DNA from: Alphaproteobacteria bacterium | GTDB taxonomy: Bacteria > Pseudomonadota > Alphaproteobacteria > UBA828 | Assembly (NCBI GenBank): GCA_963422645.2 | Contig: CAXXVO010000007.1 | Coordinates: forward strand, 576,001-640,000 | DNA: 64,000 nt | Direction of reading: 5' to 3' | In this document: positions 20,065-28,824 of the stretch, piece by piece | How the letters are laid out: the number at the start of each line of letters is the position of its first letter | Position numbering within the stretch: position 1 is the stretch's first letter | Made by a program: the position numbers and the translations under genes | Notes under the pieces: generated by a model | Databases searched by the model: none | Seen by the model: only the letters and a program-made list of their open reading frames with translations | What the model was told of the DNA's origin: nothing

Positions 20065-20352
20065 AAGCCAGGCCACTCACCGCTCTCGCAGATCAACCAA
20101 GCGCCGCATCACGAACATCAAATAATCCGAAAACCGCACCATCAAATGCTGGGCGCACGCTCACCTTGCGGCCCGGTTGCCCCGGTGGGCCAACAGGGAC
20201 CCCCCACGCGGCTTCGCTCCGCGTAGCGCAGGGCGCCACACGAAGCCGCGCGGGTCCCCCCTATTGGCTACCGGGACAACCTCCGCCGTGCCACTCAGGG
20301 GGGTCAATTTTGCACGCCGATCGGGGGTCAGTATTGAAAGCCGATTGACACC

Positions 20353-21003
20353 ATGGACGCCCCCGTCAACGCCGCCATGCGCCTCGATGCCCCCGACTTC
20401 CGCATCGCCGCCGTCCTGCCCCGGGTCGACACCCGCCAGCTCCTCGCCATGCGATCCTTCCTCACCGACAGGATGAAGGACGTCTCCGCCGCCCTCGCAG
20501 ACCGCGTCAACACCCAGATCGGCCTCGCCATGACCGGCTCGGTCCCCGTCGGCGAGACCACCGGCCGCGTCGCCGCCATCCTCAAGACCGGCGGCAGGTC
20601 CCGCGCCCTGACAATCGTGCGGACCGAGCTCGGCCGCGCATACTCCATGGCCGGACAGCAGCGCATGGAGCAGGCCGCCGGGATCCTGCCGGGGCTGAGG
20701 AAGCAGTGGCGACGCTCCGGAAAGCTCAGAAGCCGCATCGCCCACGACGCCGTCGACGGACAGACCAGGGAAGCCGCCAGGCCCTTCGACGTCGGCGGCG
20801 CCACGCTCATGTACCCCCGCGATCCCGCCGGACCCGCCGCCGAGACGATCAACTGCGGATGCCAGTCGCTGCCATGGATGGAAAGCTGGGAGGTCGAGAA
20901 CCCCGGGCGAAAGCCGTTCTCCGACGAGGAGATCGCACGCGACCCGCGGCGCGCCGATCTCGAAGGGAAGGAGGCCGGCGCGGGGACAACGCCGGCATCG
21001 TAG
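20353..21003 (+). pseudogene. phage minor head/head morphogenesis protein (Mu gpF / SPP1 gp7-like), 5' truncated
   Basis: IVRTE, KQW, R..H...DGQ, PF, YPRDP and INCGC motifs; begins at the IS21 end. Confidence 0.85.
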
Positions 21004-21127
21004 ACCGGGCGAGGCGAAGCCCCGCGCCGCACCCCGATTTACCGGCGAATCCGCACCCCCGGAACCGCCCCGATTTACAGGCCTTTCAGCACCCCTGAAA
21101 CGCCCCGAAAATCACCGTTTCCAGCCA

Positions 21128-21266
21128 ATTCACGGCCCTTTCCGGGCCGGATTCGCAAAGACTTTCGTCCGGCCCGCCAGACCCCGGAAACGCCGCCAAC
21201 CCCTTGACCGTCCGCCATCTTCCGCCTTCTTCCCGGCATCTTCCGGATTCGCAATGACTTTCGTCC
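21128..21266 (-). repeat. spaced transposase-binding sites (Mu L1/L2/L3-like)
   Basis: ATTCGCAATGACTTTCGTCC at 21247, ATTCGCAAAGACTTTCGTCC at 21151 (76-bp spacer), and a degenerate copy at 21128. Confidence 0.8.
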
Positions 21267-21278
21267 CCCTACAGCCGT

Positions 21279-21538
21279 CCACGACCGTGACGGCCGGCCC
21301 ATCGCCATGCTCGGCTTCAGCACCGCGGCGCGAAAGCTCGCACCCCGCGACCGCTTCATCGGATGGACGCCGCAGTCGCGCGAGAAGAACCTCCCGCTTG
21401 TGATCGACAACCCGAGGTTCCTTATTCTGCCCTGGATCGTCATCCCGAACCTGGGCTCGCACATCCTCTCGCTCGTGCGCCGGCAACTGCCCGGCGACTG
21501 GGAGGCGCGCTTCGGAGCGCGCCCGGTTCTGGTGGAGA
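21279..21538 (+). pseudogene. DUF4338 protein, fragment 2 of 3
   Basis: LGFSTAARKLAPRDRFIGW...NPRFLILPW...NLGSHILS...DW; in frame with fragment 1 across the TSD. Confidence 0.88.
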
Positions 21539-21727
21539 TGAAGGCTTCATAATGCTTCTCCGTTGTGCAGGTGGGCGGGCGTTTCTACCGCATTGATAGA
21601 AAAGGCGGTTTGGATTCCGTTGTTGCCGCCGCGGCGACCTTTACATCGTGCCGGACGTGATTTTCCAGTATCGCACGTTGGAGGTGCGGATCTGCATCGG
21701 GCGTTTTGCCTGACGGTCCGGGCATGG

Positions 21728-23908
21728 TCACCCCCCATCACCGTTGAGCCCGCGCAGCAGCGGCAGTTCGTCCTCGACCGGCAAACGCACATACAGTCCG
21801 CGCGTCTTGCCGCGGGTCACATGGCAGCTGTCCAGCCTGCCCGCCTTGATCCGTTCCCAGACCGTCTGCCGCGTGACACCCAGACGATCCATTGCCACAG
21901 CGAGGGGAACAAACCCCTCCGGAGGCGCCTCACGAAAGCGCTCGCGCAAGGTCGGGGTCATCCGGATCCGAAGAGGAGCACCTTCGATATCGGGCTGGGC
22001 AACCGGAACCAGCCCCTCGCGGATCCAGCGATAGATGGTGTCATCCGAGACTCCGATCTCCTTCGCCACATCGGCAACGCCCATGAGCACCGGCTCGTCC
22101 CCGTCGGGCTGGTAGGGCGCAATGCCATGGCGGCGACGCAGGCTGCCAACAAGCTCGGCCGTGAAATCCAGACCCCGTGCTGTGCGCCGTCCCTGGCGGG
22201 TGAGAACCTTCGCGGTCTCCCGGTCGTTGTAAAAGCATGACAGCTTGCGCACGAGCTCGACCGTGCTGCGCTCATCGCGCCGGGGTGTCGGAGAGCCCGC
22301 GAGCATCGGCAAAGTGATCTCGTCGATCTGCCCGCCACGCCAGCGCAATGTTGCCATGATCTCACGCTCCTGTCGCGCAAGCTCGATCGTCACCTCGTCG
22401 AGGAGGCAGGCGAGCAGGCGCTTGCGCTCGCGCATGGTCGTCGACGACGCCCCCCAGACCTGCGACAGGCGCGCGCCGAGACCCTCGAAAACCGCCGGGG
22501 CAGGGGCCGCGGGCTGACGCGCCCGTGCCGCCTCAAGCGCTTCCTGTGCAGCCTTCTCGGCGCGAAGCGCCTTCTCCCACTCGCGCTCCAGCGTTGCCGC
22601 AATCAGACGGTTGTCGGGATCGACCTGCTTTTAGCGCCGCTCGGCAAGCCGCGCCTCGTACCGGCAGTGCTCAAGATCCAGCTCCCAACGGCGCAACGCG
22701 CGCAGGCCGCGTTCAGCAACATCACAAGCCGCCTGCCGGGCCGCCTCCACCCCCGCCGGCGTGACCGCATCGAGAAACAGACGGGCAACTTCCGCATCAA
22801 CGCGCTTGCCGCCTGTCGACCAACAACCGCCGCGCCGGCGCGCAGCATCGCGCTTGCGGCACTCATACCCCCAGCCCGTCTTGCTGTAGTAGACGGTCAT
22901 CGGCAATCCGCAGCCGCCGCAGACCGCGAGACCCTGGAGCAGAGCCGACCCTTCCCGCGCCGCGCCGCGGGCTCCGTCCGGAGCCATGTGGTTGCGGGCC
23001 AGCTGCTCCTGTACTTCAAGCCATTCTGCCCAACTGACATATCCCTCATGCTTCTCCGGCTGAAGAATATCCCAGCGCTCCTGGACCGGCCGCAGCGGCG
23101 CACCGTGACCAACGCCGCGTTTGAAGCCGTAGGCATAGGCGCCGCCCATCGCCGGGTTGGTGAGGATGCGGTACACCCGTTCATAGCGCGCCGGGCCCCA
23201 TTCCAATGCTGCCCCCGGGTGCCGGCGAGAGGGAACATCCTCGCCCGCCTCACGCAGCAGCATCGTCGCCTGGCGGGCCGAACCGGCTTGCCGAAAACGC
23301 GCAAAGACCGTTGCAATCGCCGCCTGAACCCGGGCATCCGGATCCTTCCGCAAAGTCGAGCCATCCCGCACAAATCCGATCGGAACGCGCGAGTACAACT
23401 CGCCACGAAGCGCCTTGTTCCGCTTTCCGCCCTCCATCCGGGCGCGAATAAGAGACAGCTCAGCGGCGCTCACGGTTCCCTTGATCCCCAGGACAAGGGA
23501 GTCGTCGTCCCGGCTCGGGCAGTAGATGTGGCAGTCCTCAACCAGAACCGTGTCGTGCCTGCGACATAGATCGAGAAGCTGAAACCATTCCATCGTGTTC
23601 CTGGCGAGCCGCGAAACCTCAATCCCGAAGATGCCCCCGACATGGTCCCGGGCGATCAGGTCGCACATCTCCCGAAAGCCGCCACGCTCGCCGCGCGCCT
23701 TCTCGCTTGCGCTCTCGCCAAGATCGGCGTCGATCGTCCGTATCCGCTCGGCCGGCCAGCCAATCTCCCGGGCACGCTCGCCAAGCGCGTATTGGCGCAG
23801 CTGCGATTCCTGGTGCGCGTTCACTTGCAAGGGTGTCGACTGGCGAACGTAGACAACTGCAAGACGCTCAAGATGACGCTGGGTGATCTTCGACGGATCG
23901 ACCGTCAT
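21728..23908 (-). pseudogene. large serine recombinase with one in-frame nonsense codon (TAA at 22631-22633)
   Basis: VYVRQST, EVSRLARN, LLQGLAVCGGCG; reads AERR*KQVDPDNRL where Tyr is expected; C-terminal HTH repeats. Confidence 0.9.
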
Positions 23909-24059
23909 CGGCCGCCTCCCGATCCGCAATCCGAACCATCAGATCGGCCAGACCCTGCACGACGCGATCCCGGTCCGGAGCCGGAAACGCCAGCCACCGG
24001 TCCCGGCGCTCCTCCCACTCCATCAGCGCGATCAGCGCCAACTCCTGCTCCGCATCCAT
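23868..24059 (-). CDS. small accessory protein overlapping the LSR start
   Basis: MDAEQELALI...LADLMVRIA; overlapping small-ORF arrangement, also seen in the second LSR element. Confidence 0.45.
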   Translation of the reverse strand: MDAEQELALIALMEWEERRDRWLAFPAPDRDRVVQGLADLMVRIADREAADDGRSVEDHPASS

Positions 24060-24123
24060 CGCGCCTGAGTTCCCTCTCATCAAGGTCATTCAGAAGATTA
24101 AGGAGGGTGAGGAAATCAGACAA

Positions 24124-25174
24124 ACCGCTTATGCACATGGCTCCGGTTCGATCAACATGCTGTAGGTAAGGGGTTTTGCATTGGTGGCGATGCGGAAGAG
24201 CGAGCGGAAAGCAGCGTGGCGGGTTTTGCGGCGGTTGAAGCGAAAGGCGAACTCATCGAGATAGGCCTGCAGATGCTTGCGGCGCAGCCCGTGGTAGACG
24301 CCTCGCGCCCATCCTTTGAGGTTGGAGAAGACTTGGTGGATCCACGGCAGGACGAGGTGAGCGGCGGTCTTCCCGACGACATGGACATTGTGGCGATCGG
24401 CGGGGACCGCAGCGTAGCCGGACCAGCCGTCGGTTTTCGCGATGGCGTCGGGATCGGCGGCGGTTTCGACGAAGTGTCCGAGGTCGGCGGCGCCGTAGGA
24501 GGAGATTTCGGCCAGCCGCAGGCGGCCCGGGATGGTTCCATCCCCCAGTTCGATGGCGCCGACGATGAGCATCTTGCCGTCGTGGCTGCGTCCTTGCCCT
24601 CCGGTGGGAGGATCGTCTTTGGTCCGGAATGGAAGGCTGGCCTCGTCGATTTCCACCAGGCCCGACAACGGGTTGCGCTCGGGGTCGACCATGCTGGCGC
24701 GCAGCTTGTGGGCGAGCAGCCAAGCGCTGCGGTAAGAGCCGATACCGAGCTGTTTCTGGAGCTGCAGGGCAGAGATGCCGTTGGAGTGGGTCGCCATCAG
24801 GTAGGCGGCCCAGAACCAGACGGTGAGCGGCAGCTTGCTGGCGTGCAGGATCGTCCCGGCCGTCACCGAGGTCTGCCGGCGGCAGCCGGCGCACTCGAAG
24901 GTGTGTGCTTTTCTGCGCAGCGCCCATCCCTTTTCATGGCCGCACGCGGGACAGACGAAGCCGTCCGGCCAGCGCATTTCGATCAGCCAGGCGGCGCAGG
25001 CGTCATCGTCCGGGAACATGTGCTGGAAGGCGAGGAGGCTGTCGGCGACCTGTTTCATGTGGTGGCTCCGTCGGCAGGAACGTATAGGCAACATTCTACC
25101 CGTTCTCCCGCCCTAACCTCAACCTCAACATCTGGTGGCAAACTCTCGCGACCGGAGCCATGTGCATAAGCGGT
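24124..25174 (-). mobile_element. IS1595 family insertion sequence
   Basis: IR ACCGCTTATGCACATGGCTCCGGT; 8-bp TSD TCAGACAA (24116-24123, 25175-25182). Confidence 0.93.
24129..25058 (-). CDS. IS1595 family transposase
   Basis: Zn ribbon CPACG/CAGC, VEIDE, KTDGWSGY, YLDEFAFRFNRR. Confidence 0.95.
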   Translation of the reverse strand: MKQVADSLLAFQHMFPDDDACAAWLIEMRWPDGFVCPACGHEKGWALRRKAHTFECAGCRRQTSVTAGTILHASKLPLTVWFWAAYLMATHSNGISALQLQKQLGIGSYRSAWLLAHKLRASMVDPERNPLSGLVEIDEASLPFRTKDDPPTGGQGRSHDGKMLIVGAIELGDGTIPGRLRLAEISSYGAADLGHFVETAADPDAIAKTDGWSGYAAVPADRHNVHVVGKTAAHLVLPWIHQVFSNLKGWARGVYHGLRRKHLQAYLDEFAFRFNRRKTRHAAFRSLFRIATNAKPLTYSMLIEPEPCA

Positions 25175-25400
25175 TCAGACAACTCTCCGATCAGGCGTGG
25201 TGCATCCTCGGGACGGGCTCCAAGGCTCGTCCATGCCGCTGGTATCCAACAACAGCTGCCGTCCGGCATCCGAACCTTCAGAGTCCGGCCCCCGTAACCT
25301 CCTTTGCGCCGATCGAGAATCTCGATCGCCTCACCGTCGAAAGGATGCTTGTAGCGTCGAATGCGAACGGGCTCAGGAGCCTCGGAAGCCTGCAAGATAG
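25175..25400 (-). pseudogene. DUF5372-like accessory gene of the LSR element, split by IS1595 (continues 23905-24123)
   Basis: HPFDGE...PDGS...IPAAWT motif; the frame is restored across the TSD. Confidence 0.55.
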
Positions 25401-25422
25401 TAGTCTGTGACGTTCGTGGAGA

Positions 25423-25598
25423 CCTTCGTCGAGACGCCCCGCTACACCGGCGCCGTCTACAAGGCATCCGGCTGGATCCGCGTCGGGACCACCCAGGGGC
25501 GCGGGCGCTACGACACGCACATGAAGCGGGCCGAGCCCAGGAAGGACATCTGGCTGCGGCCTCTCCGACGAGACTGGAAGCGGACACTCAATCGGTGA
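25423..25598 (+). pseudogene. DUF4338 protein, fragment 3 of 3
   Basis: TFVETPRYTGAVYKASGWIRVGTTQGRGR...KDIWLRPL; the three fragments total 891 nt = 296 aa + stop. Confidence 0.88.
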
Positions 25599-25633
25599 AA
25601 TCACCATCCATCACCTGAGAACGGAAGCATTAC
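25499..25633. repeat. right 135-bp terminal inverted repeat
   Basis: Inverted copy of 4323-4457; includes the last ~33 codons of the DUF4338 gene. Confidence 0.93.
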
Positions 25634-27059
25634 ATAGGGGTAGACATCGAGGTCGAGCTTCGGCGGGCGCTTCTCGAGGCGGCACAGCACCAGGTGCTTG
25701 ACCGCGTCGAAGCCTATGGCGCCCAGGCGCAGGGCATCCTTCACTGCGGCGTGGAGATCCTCCAGCCCGAAGCTCTCCAGCAGCCGCAGGACCTGCACGT
25801 ACTCCCGCCGCCCCGCCTTGAGCGCGCGTGCCTCCATCAGGCGGCGCAGGGTCTGGAAGGCGGGCGGCAGGTCCCATCCGGCGAGCGGCGCTGCCTGGTC
25901 CAGGGCGCCGATCTTCTGCTCGATCAGGGGCAGATAGTGGATCGGCTCGAAGATCATGTCCTCACGCTCATAGGACCGGGGATGGCGGGCGATGACGTCT
26001 CCGCCACAGCCGATCACCACTCGATCGACGTAACCGCGTACCCAGACGTCACGATGGCCATAGGCCACCGGCACCGAGTAGTCGTTGGTCCGATAGCGAA
26101 CCAGAGACTGCGAGCTGACCTGGCCGGGAGCCTGGTCACAGGCCTCGAAGGGCGTAGCCGGCGGCGCGGCCATGGCCGCCACATCCCGCGCCAGGCGCTC
26201 TCCGATGGTCTCGCGGTGTCCGCGCAGGATATCGCCCTGGCGGCTGTGGCATTGCTCCTCGAGCCGCAGGTTGAACTCTTCCCAGCTCGCAAACCGTGGC
26301 AGCGGCACCATGAAGTTGCGCCGGGCGAAGCCCACCAGACCCTCGACCGCGCCCTTGTCGTTCCCCTTGCCCGGACGCCCGTAACGATCATGCACGAGGT
26401 AGTGCGACAGGAACCCGTTGAAGAGCCCCGCCCGCTTGCGCGTCCCGTCCGCCAGGATGCGCGACACCAGGCAGCGGTCGTTGTCGTAGAGAACCCGATC
26501 GGGGAACCCCGCCGAAGAAGGCGAAGGCATGCACATGCCCGTCCATCCACGCCTCGGCCGTCGCCGCAGGGTAGGCCCGCACGTAGCAGGCGTCGCTGTG
26601 CGGAAGATCGAACACGAAGAAGTGCGCCTTGCGCGCGATACCCCCGATCACCGCCCGCGCCTCGCCGAAGTCCGCCTGCCCATGCCCCGGCGGATGGATC
26701 AGCGGCACGAACATCTCTCGCCGCCGGCGCCGATGCTCGCGCACATGATCCTTCACAATCGTGTAGCCGCCGCTGAACCCGTGCTCGGCCCGAAGACGGT
26801 CGAAAATGCGCTTCGCCGTGTGCCGCTGCTTGGGCAGCTGCTCCAGATCGTCCCGCAGCCACCCGTCGATGATCTCGATGAACCCGTCCAGCTTCGGACG
26901 CCGAAGCGGCGCCGTCCGCCGATAGCCCGGCGGCGCCGAAAACTGCAGCATCTTCTTCACGCTCTCGCGTGAAATCCCGAAGTGACGCGCCGCAGCCCGC
27001 TCACTCATCCCGTCCCGGCAGGCGAGACGGACCTTCCGATAAAGTTCCACGGTATGCAT
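25634..27059 (-). pseudogene. istA: IS21 transposase IstA (frameshift at ~26495 and insertion at 25633)
   Basis: GQADFG, LYDND and NDKGAVE motifs; extra base in the GGVPRS-VLYDN segment. Confidence 0.9.
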
Positions 27060-27168
27060 GCCCCCGCCCTCCCCGTCGCCGGGAAGGGCCTATCTGGCAG
27101 AGTCTTGCTCCGCCCGCAGCGAGACAATCCCGCCGCTACCGTGGACTAATTTCGCACCGCCGTTTCCA

Positions 27169-27738
27169 ACCGTGCACCAGTTCGGCGGCACGTTCCCCTT
27201 GATGTCAATCGGCCGGTCCTTCTTCGTCGGGGTCGAACCGACCAAGAGATGGGGGCCCTTCACTGTCTTCGACCGCAAGAGAGCCAACGAGATCGCGGTG
27301 AAAGCGGTGCAGGACTTCGGGATCAACCGGATCGACGACGGCAACCGGCTAGTCGGCGGGCTTTCGGGCGGTGAGCGTCAGTCGCTCGCCATAGCCCGGG
27401 CGGTGTACTTTGGCGCTCGCGTGTTGATCCTTGACGAGCCCACCGCCGCGCTCGGCGTAAAGCAGGCGGCCCACGCGCTTCGGATTGTCAACGAGGCCAA
27501 GCGCCGGGGACTGCCCGTCATCTTCATCACTCACCAGGTCCTGCACGCGCGCGCTGTCGGCGACCACTTCGCGGTCCTGATCCGCGGTGCTGTCGCCGCC
27601 GACTTCCGAAAGGGCGAAAAGACCCGCGAGGAAATCACCGACCTCATGGCCGGCGGCGAGGACATGTCCGAGTTGGAAGCCGAATTCGCGAGCCTCATGG
27701 AGACGCAGGACGATCGTGGCTCGCCACCGGGCCAGTAA
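27169..27738 (+). pseudogene. sugar ABC transporter ATP-binding protein, C-terminal fragment
   Basis: LSGGERQ, ILDEPT, ITH; the Walker A region is missing, cut at the IS21 end. Confidence 0.88.
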
Positions 27739-27744
27739 CCGCCG

Positions 27745-28752
27745 TCAGGCGATCTCGGAGACCTGGACCAGGCGCTTCTCGCTTAGCGACTTGTAGGCGG
27801 CCTCGGCCAGGATGAGGGCGCGGCGGCCATCCTCGAAGCTTACCTCGGGCTGCTCTCCCGTCTCGATTGCGTCGACGAAGGCGTCGATTTCGGCCATGAA
27901 GGCCTCGGTGTAGCGCTCGATGAAGAAGAAGAGGTAGGGCTCGGCGCCTTCGATGCTGTCTGCCGAGTAGCGCCGCATCTCGTGGGGCTTGCGGTTGCCG
28001 GATTGCACCATGCCCTTGGTTCCCATCAGCTCGATGCGCTGGTCGTAGCCGTAGACCGCGGTGCGCGAGTTGTTGATGTGGCACTGCGTGCCGCTCGCCG
28101 TGCGCATGACGATCATGGCGGTGTCGATCTCGTCCAGCTCGGCGCCCAGTACCGGGTCGATCAGCGCGCCCGCAACCGCGAAGACCTCGACCGGCTCCTC
28201 GCCCAGCATGTAGCGGGCGAGATCGAAGTCGTGGATGGTCATGTCGCGCAGCAGCCCGCCGGCATCCTCCAGGTAGCCGCGCGGCGGCAGCTCCGGGTCG
28301 CGCGAGGTGATGATGACCTGGTGGAGATCGCCGATCTCGCCGGCGAGAAGGGCGTTGCGCGCCGCCCGGTGGCCCGGGTCGAAGCGGCGGTTGAAGCCGA
28401 TCTGGATCGGCACCGACGAGCCCGCGATCCGGGCCCTGCAGGCCTCGACCCGGGCGAGATCGAGGTGAATGGGCTTCTCGCAAAGCGCGGGCTTCCCAGC
28501 CTCGACCGCCATCTCGATATACTCGACATGAGTCGGCGTCGCGGATGCGATCAGGACCGCGTCGACCTCGGGCGACGCCAGCACCTCCTCGGCGCTCGCT
28601 GAGGCGCGGGCCCCTTCGCGCTCGGCCACGGCCGCTGCCGCCGCCGCGTCGATGTCGTAGACCATCGCCAGCGAGGCGCGCGGGTGGCGCGCGACGTTGG
28701 CCGCATGCATCTGGCCGATGCGCCCGCACCCGAGAACCGCGATCCGAACCAT
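27745..28752 (-). CDS. iolG: myo-inositol 2-dehydrogenase
   Basis: GCGRIG, CEKP, GFNRRFDP, DMTIHDFD, YGYDQRIE; iol cluster context. Confidence 0.9.
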   Translation of the reverse strand: MVRIAVLGCGRIGQMHAANVARHPRASLAMVYDIDAAAAAAVAEREGARASASAEEVLASPEVDAVLIASATPTHVEYIEMAVEAGKPALCEKPIHLDLARVEACRARIAGSSVPIQIGFNRRFDPGHRAARNALLAGEIGDLHQVIITSRDPELPPRGYLEDAGGLLRDMTIHDFDLARYMLGEEPVEVFAVAGALIDPVLGAELDEIDTAMIVMRTASGTQCHINNSRTAVYGYDQRIELMGTKGMVQSGNRKPHEMRRYSADSIEGAEPYLFFFIERYTEAFMAEIDAFVDAIETGEQPEVSFEDGRRALILAEAAYKSLSEKRLVQVSEIA

Positions 28753-28824
28753 GTCATCCTCCTCCTGTATGTCTGCGCTGTTCGGCGCTTGGCGCCGGAA
28801 CGATCCGGCCGCGATGGGGCGGCG

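Larger units (their letters stand above)
12810..20164 (+). mobile_element. DDE-transposase/ExeA/helicase/primase transposon (about 5.2 kb without IS1634)
   Basis: Terminal IR GTGAGCG(C/T)GCGC; CTT duplicated at 12807-12809 and 20165-20167; removing it restores a normal-size IS21. Confidence 0.78.
10442..20350 (+). mobile_element. inner IS21 family element (about 2.55 kb without its insert)
   Basis: TGTTGTTAAG...TGACCCC left end, GGGGTCA...TTGACA right end, internal ATCGGCGT-AAAATTGACCCC repeats; the flanks GCATGG / CCATGG are not a perfect TSD. Confidence 0.88.
7393..21273. mobile_element. Mu-like transposable prophage remnant (mini-Mu, about 4.0 kb of phage DNA left)
   Basis: TGTAG...CTACA ends; 5-bp TSD GCCGT (7388-7392, 21274-21278); repeated GAAAGTCTTTGCGAAT sites at both ends; tail and head-morphogenesis genes inside. 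Confidence 0.85.
21539..25422 (-). mobile_element. large serine recombinase element integrated in the DUF4338 gene
   Basis: Core GTGGAGA duplicated at 21532-21538 and 25416-25422; removal restores the reading frame. Confidence 0.85.
4323..25633 (+). mobile_element. IS66-like element carrying transposase + DUF4338 gene (3541 bp when reconstituted)
   Basis: GTAATGC...GCATTAC ends; 135-bp TIR; 8-bp TSD ATAGGGGT at 4315-4322 and 25634-25641. Confidence 0.92.
3175..27168 (-). mobile_element. outer IS21 family element (about 2.7 kb once the nested inserts are removed)
   Basis: Ends TGTCAACGCCGGATGAAGATTCGGCCA (3175) and reverse complement TGGAAACGGCGGTGCGAAATTAGTCCA (27168); istA is split by a 21.3-kb insert; no TSD. 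Confidence 0.85.

Noticed and set aside
10436-20356. Clean TSD for the inner IS21
   Set aside because: GCATGG and CCATGG differ, and the flanking genes are unrelated and divergent, so a deletion is more likely than a simple insertion.
6938-25598. Druantia defence system
   Set aside because: Only the DUF4338 domain is present; there is no DruE helicase or other dru gene, and the gene lies inside IS66-type TIRs.
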